Source: Candidatus Binatia bacterium (GTDB lineage: Bacteria > Desulfobacterota > Binatia > Bin18). Taken from it: 64,000 bases of DNA. The position numbers and the translations under genes are program-made. The notes under the pieces are model-generated. The model saw only the letters and a program-made list of their open reading frames with translations, was not told where the DNA came from and ran no database searches. Within the stretch, counting starts at the first letter, position 1. Each line of letters opens with the position of its first letter. The stretch is taken from assembly GCA_963666315.2 (NCBI GenBank), contig CAXXHG010000046.1, positions 107,803 to 171,802 on the forward strand, in the 5' to 3' direction. Below are positions 31,759 to 41,316 of this stretch, piece after piece.

Positions 31759-31971
31759 GTTTGCATTCCTTTCTGTTTCTTTACGTCATGGAGTATCATC
31801 TTGGGTGGCAGACGTCTGCACGCTACCCACGGATTGAGCATCTCGCGTATCAAGCATTGATTGTGACTCGACGCAACTCGCGAGATAAGGTAGAAATCGA
31901 GCCTTACATTGACCATCTGATAAGCTCTTCGGCGTTCATAACATCCCCGGACGGGGAGAAAGGGTGTCAGG

Positions 31972-33132
31972 ATGAACAGTGCCGCCACAGCAATTTCCGC
32001 AGATTACGGCTCGGAGGAAACGGCGATGCAAGCCTATCTCGCTGAGGGCGGGCGCAAGGCATTCTCCCTCCAGAACCGTGGGCCTATCCGCTACACGCCG
32101 GACGGCAAGATCGACCCCGCCATCCTCGACGCCTATTGGCACTATGGGTTCTACGTGTTTGAAGGGGTACTCGGTGCGGAAGAGCTCGCTGACATCGAGG
32201 TGGACTTTCAGGAGATCCTGGGGCGCCTTCCCAGCGAAAAGGGATCGCCGGTTGATGCTACGGGGCGTCCCGCTCTCGCCCACGGCTGCCAGGCGCACAC
32301 GTTATTTTGGTCGAACCCCCTGGGAGATCCCTTTGGCGGAACGAAGTTCGGCAACGGTCGTCATCCGGTCAAAATGGTCGAGCCCACTCCAGCGGACGAC
32401 GCGCCAGAAGAGATCGTCTATCTGATCCTGGGCTCGCTTCAATTCTCGGATGCGTGCCTACGCACTTATGGACATCCTGATCTCTTAGCAGTAGCCGCGG
32501 CCGTGAACGGCGAGGACTTCGTGCCGTACACCGATGCGCTGTTTATCAAAGCGCCGGGTCTCGGCGCCTCTGTCGCGTGGCATCAGGACGGTATCACTCA
32601 CTGGGAGAGCGCCGATTGGGATCAGGGCTCGCACGGCTTCAACTTTATGGGCCAGCTCTATGGTTGCACACCCGCCAACGGGGTTTGGGTGGTGCCTGGA
32701 TCCCACAAAGTGGGCCGGATCGATATTAAGGCGAAGGTGGCCGAAGCGGGGACCGAACGGCTTCCCGACGCGGTGCCTATGGTCTGTCAGCCCGGCGACG
32801 TCGTAATCAGCAACCGTCAGCTCCTACACGGCTCGTTCGCGAATACAAGCAAAGATTGGCGGGTCACCGTCAATATGGGGTTCCACCGCCGTGCGTCGGT
32901 GCTCGGAGTGCAAGGCGGCGGCCTGCTCGGCAAGGATACCGTCTACGATGCAGACCATATCAGACAACGCTCGCGGACTATCGGTTACGCCATCGACGCG
33001 CGACACCAGCGCTTCCCCGAAGAAACCCCTTTCGTCTATCGACCCTTCGCCAATGCCGGGGAGACCTACGAGTGGAACGCCGCGGCCAAGGCCAGCCTCT
33101 CGGACTATAATCTGCTCGACATAGGCGTGTAG
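31972..33132 (+). CDS. phytanoyl-CoA dioxygenase (PhyH) family protein
   Basis: VAWHQDG (HxD) ... VVPGSH ... LLHGS; start may be the internal ATG at 32026. Confidence 0.7.
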   Translation: MNSAATAISADYGSEETAMQAYLAEGGRKAFSLQNRGPIRYTPDGKIDPAILDAYWHYGFYVFEGVLGAEELADIEVDFQEILGRLPSEKGSPVDATGRPALAHGCQAHTLFWSNPLGDPFGGTKFGNGRHPVKMVEPTPADDAPEEIVYLILGSLQFSDACLRTYGHPDLLAVAAAVNGEDFVPYTDALFIKAPGLGASVAWHQDGITHWESADWDQGSHGFNFMGQLYGCTPANGVWVVPGSHKVGRIDIKAKVAEAGTERLPDAVPMVCQPGDVVISNRQLLHGSFANTSKDWRVTVNMGFHRRASVLGVQGGGLLGKDTVYDADHIRQRSRTIGYAIDARHQRFPEETPFVYRPFANAGETYEWNAAAKASLSDYNLLDIGV

Positions 33133-33175
33133 GAGAACCCATGCCGCGGAGGATGCGGAATACGGAGGAATCAGT

Positions 33176-33418
33176 ATGACGGACAAAATGAATGTGGGCA
33201 TCTATCTGTTCGAAAATATGACCATGCTCGATGGCTTTGCGCCGCTGCAAATCCTGGCATACGTTGAACAGTTCAATACGTTCACATTTTCGCCAAACAA
33301 GGGACCGCTACAGTCCGATAGTGGCGCAGTCCTCACTCCGGATTATGATTTCGCATCGTGTCCACCACTCGATATTCTTGTCATGCCCGTGGAAACGGGA
33401 CCGTGGATTCACATTTGA
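33176..33418 (+). pseudogene. DJ-1/PfpI-family gene truncated by an IS insertion
   Basis: VGIYLFENMTMLDGFAPLQIL...DILVMP, then PGGNGT only after a 1-nt shift; the sequence then runs into the IS30 left end at 33406. Confidence 0.6.
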
Positions 33419-34414
33419 AGTGCAACAGTTGCTGTAAAAGAACCTCTGCAGGAGTGTGGTAGGCAAGACATTTTCGGGGTGTGTTGTTGTAGGCACGGAT
33501 GAGGGCATTAAAGCGGTTTGTGCGCAGGCTGGCGAGGGCGGTGTTGCGCGGGATGGTTCGCCGCATGCGACCAAGGGCATTTTCAATGCCGCCCTTCTGC
33601 CACGGCTTATGGGGGTCGCAAAAGAAGGTCTGAATGGCCAGGGGATGCAATTGGTAGTGCTGGACGAACTCGGTGCCATTATCGAAGGTCAGGGTTTGGC
33701 GCAAGCTTGGGGCAAGGGTTTGAGGAGCTGGACCATCAGCCGGGCCATGGGCTGAGCCGCCTTGCTGGGCGGTCGGGCCGCGAGGAGGACCGGGGAGTGG
33801 CGTTCATGCATGGTCAGGATGGCCGGTCCGTAGTGGGCGAATACCATCAGAGCGGCTTCCCAGTGGCCGGGGACCTGGCGGTCGGTGGCGCAGGCCGGGC
33901 GGTCCGAGAGGGGCCGGCGGGCTTTCGAAGAAGCGGACCGGAGAGCCGCGCTTCTTGCCGCGCCCGCCGCGTTTGGATTTGGCGCGGGGCAGATAGAGCC
34001 GCCAGCGGTCATCCTTGGTGCGCGCCAGTTGTGCATAGAGAAACCGGTAGATGCTCTCGTGGCTGATCACCTGGCTGCCGGGCTCAACCGCCAGCCGGCC
34101 GGCCACCTGCTCCGGCGCCCAGGGCCTTGACGCGCAGCTCCTTCTTGCGTTCCAGCTTCGAGCCGTTCCACCTCCGGGCGCAAGCCTGCTGATCGGCATA
34201 GGCCGGGGTGTAGGCCCCCTGGGTGCCCTGGTTCCGCTTTATCTCGCGAGCAATGGTCGATGGCGCGCGATCCACAGCTGCTGCAACTTGCCGGAGCGAG
34301 CTCCCCGCGCCTTGAAGACCGGCAATCTTCCACCGCTCCTCAACTGAAAGTTGTCTGTATCTCTTGTCCATGACAACACCTTATCCAGCTCGTGTTGCAC
34401 TTGGTTTGTGAATC
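33406..34414 (-). mobile_element. IS30-family insertion sequence with a decayed transposase
   Basis: Terminal inverted repeats GATTCACATTTGAAGTGCAACA (33406-) and TGTTGCACTTGGTTTGTGAATC (-34414); transposase split over four minus-strand ORFs (HTH ..STIAREIKRN; WAPEQVAGRL; GHWEAALM; TFDNGTEF; PWQKGGIEN). Confidence 0.8.
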
Positions 34415-34479
34415 TAGAGAATCCAGAGAAGCGGGGTTACACTCCGATGACTGGCTTCAGCCCGTTTCGTTAGGCGCTC

Positions 34480-35703
34480 TTAGGACGTTGGGATGCGGAG
34501 TACTTTCCCAGCCTGAATGCGACGGCTGCGGAGCCTGTTGACCCGCATCAACGTAGAAATCTTTGTGTGGTATCGACGCGCGATACCACCTAAGGTATCC
34601 CCCCATCGGACGCGATACCGTGTAGTTCCTCCCCGGCCTGAGGCTGGAATGCGTAAAGTCGAGCCGGCATTAATACGCGTACTGCGCAGCCCGTTCGCAA
34701 CCCTGAGGGCGGTAACGGTCGTACGGTGACGCCGCGCAATTTTTTCAAGCGAATCTCCCCAGCGCACGGTGTATGTGCGGTATTTTCGAACGCTTGCTCG
34801 CCGTGCTGTCTCCCCCCGGGAGGAAGACCGAGTACGCATTGTCGCTGCCCCGTCAGACACCCCGCGCGTACCGGGCTTAGCCACAAGGGTGGTTGAGACC
34901 GAGACCTGCTTTCCCACTGGCAGAGGATGGAAGTGCCACAAATCGTTATTTTGGTGAAAGGTATGAGGGTCGATCCGAAAGACGCCGGCCAGGACGTCGG
35001 GCGCATCTCCAATACGAGTCGTGTAGACAAGATTGTTTGTAGCCAGTTTCGTCAGGTACTCCGGCCCCGTGGCGGGATAGGCGACCAGCATGCCAGCCCG
35101 CAGTGATCGTGTTGCCAGCATAGGATTGTAGAAGCGCAGGACAGCGGGCGGCAGTTCTACCGCGCGCGCCAGCGATTCCCACGACTCTTTATCCTGGACT
35201 GTGCGGAGCTTCAGCCGTTCGGCCTGTCTGCGCACCTCGGCTTCGTACTCGCGCAATACGGATTTATAATGTCCTACCCCAACGATATAGCGTAGGGTTG
35301 TGAATCGGAGCGGCTGATCTTCCTCGACCCGGTCAGGCCCCACGGTATAGGCCGCCAGCACATAATCTTCACGCACAAACTGGTTTTGCAACTGCGCAAT
35401 ATATTTCATTCCGGCATCGATGTTGGCCTCAACGCCCAGAAGCCGAACGAGGCCAGGTGAGAGCTGGAAATAGCCGACGTCGCCGTCGGAAGAAACCCAG
35501 CCGGCGTTGCCACCTGATTCCTGCAGAATAACAGCCCGTGCCAGGCGATGATCCACCCCGTAGCGAGCCGCGTAGGTGAAGAGTTCGCTGTCAATCTCAA
35601 TCGTCTTGCGGTACATGCCTAAGAGCGCAGGAGAGATCTCTACTGCAGCCCAGGCCGACTGGCCCCAAAGCAGACCGCTCAGAAACACCAACCACCACAA
35701 CAT
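34480..35703 (-). CDS. lytic transglycosylase (SLT domain) with C-terminal LysM repeats
   Basis: Signal peptide; SLT motif AVILQESGGN...GYFQL; two clear LysM units (YTVRWGDSLEKIARRH.. and YRVRWGDTLGGIARRY..). Confidence 0.85.
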   Translation of the reverse strand: MLWWLVFLSGLLWGQSAWAAVEISPALLGMYRKTIEIDSELFTYAARYGVDHRLARAVILQESGGNAGWVSSDGDVGYFQLSPGLVRLLGVEANIDAGMKYIAQLQNQFVREDYVLAAYTVGPDRVEEDQPLRFTTLRYIVGVGHYKSVLREYEAEVRRQAERLKLRTVQDKESWESLARAVELPPAVLRFYNPMLATRSLRAGMLVAYPATGPEYLTKLATNNLVYTTRIGDAPDVLAGVFRIDPHTFHQNNDLWHFHPLPVGKQVSVSTTLVAKPGTRGVSDGAATMRTRSSSRGETARRASVRKYRTYTVRWGDSLEKIARRHRTTVTALRVANGLRSTRINAGSTLRIPASGRGGTTRYRVRWGDTLGGIARRYHTKISTLMRVNRLRSRRIQAGKVLRIPTS

Positions 35704-36087
35704 CCTTCATCCTCCAGTGTTACTGAGTTAAACGATCACTATAGCAAGGATCATGTCTCAGAGACAAGGATTCCTGTCATAATTCTCGACAATCTCGATA
35801 ATTTCCTCCCGGGACTTGATCCTTGTATAATGATGTATGCATTCTTTCGGAACTGCTCACGCCGATTTTCTGCTGACGAGCCGGGCAAAACATTTGCCAA
35901 AACACCGGCATACAAAGACACTTCTGAATCATGCGCCAGCCACTTGCAGAGCAGAACCAAAAACTCTTGTAAACGCGGGCCAAGAAGTCCGAGCGAGGCA
36001 GGACGTAAGCCGCATTGAGTCGGAACCAAGTTTTCCGTATGGTGGGAAACCAACAGCACACGGTGATAGATAGTTGGAGGAAAGAAA

Positions 36088-36186
36088 ATGGAAAATCAGG
36101 GACAAGGGCCAGCCTGGATTGTTTTTTTCGTATGGATGCTCGTACCGCTGCTGCTCTTCTTTCTTGTTCTCACGTTCACCGGGTAG
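36088..36186 (+). CDS. 32-aa single-TM peptide (MENQGQGPAWIVFFVWMLVPLLLFFLVLTFTG)
   Basis: ATG preceded by GGAGGAAAGAAA; one hydrophobic helix; 55 nt upstream of the DsbA-like gene; not in the supplied ORF track because it is under 60 aa. Confidence 0.4.
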   Translation: MENQGQGPAWIVFFVWMLVPLLLFFLVLTFTG

Positions 36187-36240
36187 AAGAGGCCAAGAGT
36201 AGGCTAGGTAGGCAACACAGGAAGAGGGGAACCCCAAAGC

Positions 36241-37281
36241 ATGAAAGGAAGTATTGTGACACGGTCAGCATGGACGAAAAACGTCGGTCTCGCTTTCACC
36301 TTTCTGGCGGGGATTGCGGTCGCGCCCAGCATACTCCAGGCAGAGGCTACAAGCGCCGTCCTGGCAACGGTCGGCGAGAAGAGCATCAGCGAAGCCGACA
36401 TCGCCAAGCAGATAAAAGGTCAGATGCTACGGCTGGACAACCAGATCTATGCGCTGAAAAAGAAAGCCATCGATACCATTATCAATAATCATCTCATGGC
36501 TGGGGAGGCCAAGAAGCGAGGTATCACGCGCCAACAGCTTACCAAACAGGAGGTGACGGACAAGGTCGCAGCCGTGACAGACGCAGAGGTCACTGCCTAT
36601 TATACTAAGAACAAAGCGCGGCTGCGTGGAAAAAAACTGGAAGAAGCCCGAGATCAGATCAAACAAACACTCCAAAGCCAAAAGCAGCAACAACGGCAGC
36701 GAGCATTTACGGCCGAGCTACGCAAGACGGCCGCAATCGACATGAAGATCAGCCCTCCGGTTGTTGAGGTACCGATTGCCGGCGCACCGACCAAAGGTCC
36801 GGAGAACGCACCGATTACGCTCGTTGAGTTTTCCGACTTTCAATGACCTTACTGCGCCCGAGTGCAGTCTGCACTCACCCAAATTCAAGAGAACTATAAA
36901 GATCAGGTCAAAATCGTTTTCAAAGATTTTCCCTTAACCCGCATTCACGCTCAGGCGTATAAAGCCGCAGAGGCCGCCCGTTGCGCCGGCGATCAGGACA
37001 AGTATTGGGAATATCACGATATCCTGTTTGCCAATGCCCGCGCGCTCCAACCCGATAAGCTCAAGCAGTACGCTGCAGACCTCAAACTCGACACCGCCCA
37101 GTTTGACGCTTGCTTAGACAACAATGCCTATACCGGAGCGGTCAGCAAAGATTTGGCGCTGGGCACCCGGCTCGGGGTAACCGGTACGCCGGCTTTCTTT
37201 GTGAACGGGCGTTTTCTATCCGGAGCCCAGCCCTATTCGGCTTTTGCCGAATTGATCGACGAAGCGCTGGCAGCGCAGTAA
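36241..37281 (+). CDS. DsbA-family thiol:disulfide oxidoreductase, candidate selenoprotein (UxxC; TGA 36844-36846 read as Sec)
   Basis: ORFs 36241..36846 and 36862..37281 share a frame; the junction reads VEFSDFQ-TGA-PYC, i.e. the canonical FSDFQCPYC active site; a hairpin follows; the signal-anchor N-terminus and DsbA C-terminal part (GVTGTPAFFVNG) are intact. Confidence 0.65.
36860..36876 (+). promoter_or_regulatory. candidate bacterial SECIS hairpin
   Basis: GAGTGCA-GTC-TGCACTC, perfect 7-bp stem starting 13 nt after the TGA; apex UGCAGUCUGCA resembles the E. coli fdhF SECIS apex (recalled as GGUUGCAGGUCUGCACC). Confidence 0.55.
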
Positions 37282-37294
37282 TCTTGCTTTATAG

Positions 37295-37314
37295 GGGCGA
37301 CCGACCGGTCGCCC
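37295..37314. terminator. GC-rich hairpin between convergent genes (REP-like, ATAGGGGCGACCG..CGGTCGCCC)
   Basis: GGGCGACCG-AC-CGGTCGCCC lies between stop codons 37279-37281 (+) and 37315-37317 (-). Confidence 0.5.
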
Positions 37315-37569
37315 TTAGGTTTCCTCCCCTATTTTCTGGGGCATACGTCGTGGCAGCCCCCCACAACGTTGGAGGGCTAAGGCGTCAAGCCGTTCTTGGA
37401 ATGTTCTTTTTTCAGCCGGGGTCCGGCAGGGCAAGGCACCCAGCTCTTGGCGTTCTTCAACCCTCAATGCTTGCCATTCTTTTAAGTGCAGTTTGATGCC
37501 AGCCTGATCAAGCTTGTCGCGGACAGAGCGAGGGATCCAGTCGAGATCAGCTTTCTCCATAGCCGTCAC
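37315..37569 (-). CDS. nitrate-reductase-associated protein family (TIGR02664-like) small protein
   Basis: IPRSVRDKLDQAGIKLHLKEWQALRVEERQEL..LPCRTPAE follows the pattern I recall for this family (IP..VR.KLD..GIKL.L..W......ER..L...PC.T..E). Confidence 0.5.
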   Translation of the reverse strand: MTAMEKADLDWIPRSVRDKLDQAGIKLHLKEWQALRVEERQELGALPCRTPAEKRTFQERLDALALQRCGGLPRRMPQKIGEET

Positions 37570-37717
37570 CTTTCAGAATACTGTCAGCATACTGATATTT
37601 TTGGCCCTACCCGCTTTCTTGAAACAGCGCAAGCCAGTCTCTCTACCCATCCGTTTTTTTACCCTTGCGTCTACCCCTCTTGGCGATACAGAAAAGGGTA
37701 TGGTAAGGCTTCAGTCC

Positions 37718-38941
37718 ATGTCAGCAAAAAAGGCAAAAGCAGAACGTCGAAAGGCGACGCAACAAGACGGCGCCCACCAAGCACCAACGCGAGTCCCGAG
37801 CTGGCCTTTACTCGCGATTCGCATTCTTGGGGCGCTGGGACTCGGTATCGGCATATATCTCTCGCTCCTCCACTATCAGGCCGGAGCAGAGGGAGGCATT
37901 GATTCAGCTTTTTGCGGTACGGGGACAACGGTCAACTGTAGTCTGGTCTTGGGCAGTGCCTATGCCCAGTTGTTCGGAGTCCCGGTAGCACTGTGGGCGA
38001 CCGCAGCCTACGCCGCTCTGCTCGCCACTACGTTGCTCTCCTCGACCGGGCTGAGCCTCTTTTTGTGCGGCTGGATATTCGTCTTCTCGGCGTATATGGC
38101 CGGACTTTCATTCATCAAAATCGGGGCGACCTGCCCTCTGTGTATGAGCCTGTATCTGATCAATATTGGGCTCTTGATAAGTACCTTTGTTTTAGGACGT
38201 GCAAACGGGGTACTCACCACAACTCGCCTTGCTTATACCTTAACCGCGTTCGCCGTCGTCCTGCTTGGGATAGGACTCACGCAAACCAAGGAGGCGGCAA
38301 CCGTAGTAACGCCACAAGAATTTATTGCGCCGGCGCCGGCTGACATGGACATGAGTTTCGTTCGCTATTATCATGCACAACCTGCCGTCGTCCTACGGGG
38401 TGCCGAGCGTCATGTCGAAGGGCCGTCTGACGCCGTGCTGACCATTCACGAGTTCGTGGACTTTCGCTGTCCTCAGTGTGCCCGAGCACGGAGCGTGCTC
38501 TCACGATTCCAGCATGCCAACCCCAACGACGTCCGTATTGTGTTTCGCCATTATCCATTAGATCAGCAGTGTAATACGGCGATGAAAGACCAGGTTCATC
38601 CCGGTGCGTGCACGGCGGCTATTGCGGCTGAATGCGCAGGAGAACAAGGGAAATTCTGGGAGTATGCGGATTTATTGTTCGCGGACCAAAAGAAATACAA
38701 ACGAGCAGATTTTGAAGAACATGCCAGAACCGCCGGGCTGGATTCTGAGCCGTTTTCCACGTGTTTGGACGAACGACGGACTGAAAGCCTGGTCAAGAAC
38801 GACATACAAGAAGCCCGCCGCATTGAGATCAAAGCCACACCAACCCTGGTCATCAACGGTCGCGTGATCTCGGGTATCCCGCCGATTAAGAAGCTGGCAA
38901 GTCTTGTGACGTTTCAGAACAAGCAATCGGCAACGCAGTAA
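37718..38941 (+). CDS. VKOR (vitamin K epoxide reductase family) - DsbA/thioredoxin fusion protein
   Basis: VKOR loop cysteines FCGTGTTVNC and TM CxxC (CPLC); C-terminal DsbA-like domain with FVDFRCPQC; start could also be ATG 37700. Confidence 0.8.
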   Translation: MSAKKAKAERRKATQQDGAHQAPTRVPSWPLLAIRILGALGLGIGIYLSLLHYQAGAEGGIDSAFCGTGTTVNCSLVLGSAYAQLFGVPVALWATAAYAALLATTLLSSTGLSLFLCGWIFVFSAYMAGLSFIKIGATCPLCMSLYLINIGLLISTFVLGRANGVLTTTRLAYTLTAFAVVLLGIGLTQTKEAATVVTPQEFIAPAPADMDMSFVRYYHAQPAVVLRGAERHVEGPSDAVLTIHEFVDFRCPQCARARSVLSRFQHANPNDVRIVFRHYPLDQQCNTAMKDQVHPGACTAAIAAECAGEQGKFWEYADLLFADQKKYKRADFEEHARTAGLDSEPFSTCLDERRTESLVKNDIQEARRIEIKATPTLVINGRVISGIPPIKKLASLVTFQNKQSATQ

Positions 38942-39048
38942 GCGCGGTGTTGCGAGAACGCTACGGAGTATTCGCGCTACACAGCGTTCGCGCTAAGAGC
39001 GCTTGACGATACTGCTCAGGAGCGCGGGCGAGGTGCACGTCCAGCTGG

Positions 39049-39273
39049 CTAGACCTTTTGATCGTGCCGACCCAGGCATTCCATGGCCGAGTTCCACCGG
39101 CGCACAAGGCGGTCATCCGGTCCGGAGGCGGCAAGCGTAGCGACGACCGTTGCCCGCGCCACTTGCTTCGCACTCTCCGTCACCGCCTTGTGTGGGATAT
39201 CGCGGCGTATGACCATGTCAGAGTCTTCTTGGACTTCTCTCCACGTCCCATCAGGGTTTGGATAAAAAGGCAT
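39049..39273 (-). CDS. hypothetical small protein
   Basis: 74 codons; ATG preceded by a strong AAGGAGG; no family recognised. Confidence 0.4.
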   Translation of the reverse strand: MPFYPNPDGTWREVQEDSDMVIRRDIPHKAVTESAKQVARATVVATLAASGPDDRLVRRWNSAMECLGRHDQKV

Positions 39274-39458
39274 TTTCGCCTCCTTTCTGAGCGCTGCCGA
39301 TACGAGCAGAAAATGTCCCCAATATGTCCTCTTGTGTCCGCCTACTCGCTCTTCTTGCTCCTCTTTGCCCCTCTTGCCCCAGCTGCCTTAATCCCGCCAT
39401 ATGCCTGTCTCTTATAAGAAGTCAAGGCATGGCTTCGGTCGAATATGCTCGCCGCTTT

Positions 39459-40130
39459 TTAATCCACAATGATGTGTTCTGTGGTGATAATAAATGGGAG
39501 TTTCGTGCCATCGATAAAATTCGCCTCATCCGCACGCGTCGTCTCGTATTCCGCTAAAGTGGCTGAGGTGCGCATGGCCTGCGTGTCGTCAAACCAGGTA
39601 ATAGCAATGCCGTCGTAGACCGGAGTTTTTCCTGCTTTGTACACAGACAGCCGGGTATGGCTTTGAACATAGCGTTGGACCACAGGAATCGCCGCACCAA
39701 GCGGACCGTGGATATCGCGCCAGTGCTTTTGAAACGTCTCGATCGGCATATCCGGTTTATGGGTGACAAATTCCATGTTCTTGACCGCATTGAGCGAAAT
39801 CTCACCGTCCTTGATGACATGCTCTTCCGTAATAATGGAGCCCATGGTTGAGACATCCATAAAATTCGGCTCATCGGCCCGTACGGCGGCGTATTCCGGC
39901 GTGCCGGCTTGGGTACGCATCACTTGGGTGTCGTCAACCCACACCTCAGCCACCCCGTCGTACACGGGCTCGCCTTTGCGGTAGCCGGACAGCAGGGTGT
40001 GCGACTGCACATAGCGTCGAATACCCGCCAGCTTCACAACCTCCTCAGCATGTTTCGTCCGCCAATATGCCTGGAATGCGTCAACTGACATTCCCTGTTT
40101 CCGCTTGAAAAACGACATGAGTTTGACCAT
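39459..40130 (-). CDS. tandem EthD-domain protein
   Basis: Two EthD units (MVKLMSFFKRKQGMSVDAFQAYWRTKHAE..RRYVQSH.. and MEFVTHKPDMPIETFQKHWRDIHGP..QRYVQSH..). Confidence 0.75.
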   Translation of the reverse strand: MVKLMSFFKRKQGMSVDAFQAYWRTKHAEEVVKLAGIRRYVQSHTLLSGYRKGEPVYDGVAEVWVDDTQVMRTQAGTPEYAAVRADEPNFMDVSTMGSIITEEHVIKDGEISLNAVKNMEFVTHKPDMPIETFQKHWRDIHGPLGAAIPVVQRYVQSHTRLSVYKAGKTPVYDGIAITWFDDTQAMRTSATLAEYETTRADEANFIDGTKLPFIITTEHIIVD

Positions 40131-40149
40131 GATCTGTCTCCTTTCTACA

Positions 40150-40194
40150 GTAGGGGCGAAGCGTTCATTCTATTTGATGAATGCTTCACCCTAC
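40150..40194. repeat. inverted pair of GTAG REP arms
   Basis: GTAGGGGCGAAGCGTTCATTC ... GAATGCTTCACCCTAC (imperfect inverted repeat). Confidence 0.7.
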
Positions 40195-40272
40195 ATTCCC
40201 ACATTGAGGCCCGAAAGCCAAACGCGTATAAAAGTCTAACGGCATGGCGGACAGCAACACAAAGGAGGACCT

Positions 40273-41316
40273 ATGATTTCGGTTGGTTACCTTCCTGACA
40301 CCCATGGAGGGCCCTATCAACAGCCGGAACCGAGCCCCCAGCGCTCGGCCGATTTTGCTACCCAACTGCTTAAAGAAGCCGAACAAGCGGAAAAGTCCGG
40401 CTTTGACGCTCTCTTTGTTCCGGAACGACATGCCCGCACGGAATGCATGTTTCCTTCGACGCTGACACTGATGACCGCTTTTGCGACTCGCACCGAGCGG
40501 GTCAAAATCGGCTCCTACATCATTATGCCCCCGCTCTATAACCCAGTCCATTTAGCCGAACAGGCCGCCATGATTGACGTCCTCTCACGAGGCCGGCTGA
40601 TTATGGGCGTGGGTGTAGGCTATCACGCTGACTACTTCAACCACTTCGGCGTACCCATTAAGGAGCGCGAAGGCCGCTTCGAAGAATGTCTCGAAATCAT
40701 GAACAAGGCCTGGACAGCCGAGGGGCCGACCGAACACCACGGCAGGTATTACGACTATGATGCCATCCACGTCACGCCCAAGCCGTATCAAAAACCCCGT
40801 CCCCCCATCTGGATCGGCGCCTTTGGCCCCAAGTCGATAGCACGTGCCGGTCGGCTCGGCGATGTGTGGTGTATGGCTCCATTTTTCGACAGCTTTGATA
40901 CCCTCAAAGCCCAGCTTGAGATATATCAGGAGGCAGCCATCAAGGCGGGCAAAAAACCGTGTATTGCATTGCTGCGCGACGGTTGGCTGGCGTCCAGCAT
41001 GGAAGAAGCCGAAGAGACGTTTGGCCGCCTGTGGGTTGAGGAGTGTAAGTTTTATCTGCGGATGGGCATGCTCACACCAAGCAAAGATTTTCAGTCTGAG
41101 TCGGACTTCACCCTAGACAAAGTACGCAAATATATGGTGATAGGCACCAAAGACGACTGGCTCGAACACCTCGGTCTATGGCAGAAAGAACTCAGCGTTG
41201 AGCACTTTGTTCTCCGCTGCCGGGTGCCGCTTGGGCCTCAGCCGGAGCAGGCGCTGGAATGTATCCAGCGGCTGGGGGAAGAGGTCGTGCCGCACATCAA
41301 GACACTGGCAAGTTAA
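40273..41316 (+). CDS. LLM-class flavin-dependent oxidoreductase
   Basis: ..SGFDALFVPERH.., IDVLSRGRLIMGVGVGY are luciferase-like monooxygenase motifs. Confidence 0.8.
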   Translation: MISVGYLPDTHGGPYQQPEPSPQRSADFATQLLKEAEQAEKSGFDALFVPERHARTECMFPSTLTLMTAFATRTERVKIGSYIIMPPLYNPVHLAEQAAMIDVLSRGRLIMGVGVGYHADYFNHFGVPIKEREGRFEECLEIMNKAWTAEGPTEHHGRYYDYDAIHVTPKPYQKPRPPIWIGAFGPKSIARAGRLGDVWCMAPFFDSFDTLKAQLEIYQEAAIKAGKKPCIALLRDGWLASSMEEAEETFGRLWVEECKFYLRMGMLTPSKDFQSESDFTLDKVRKYMVIGTKDDWLEHLGLWQKELSVEHFVLRCRVPLGPQPEQALECIQRLGEEVVPHIKTLAS

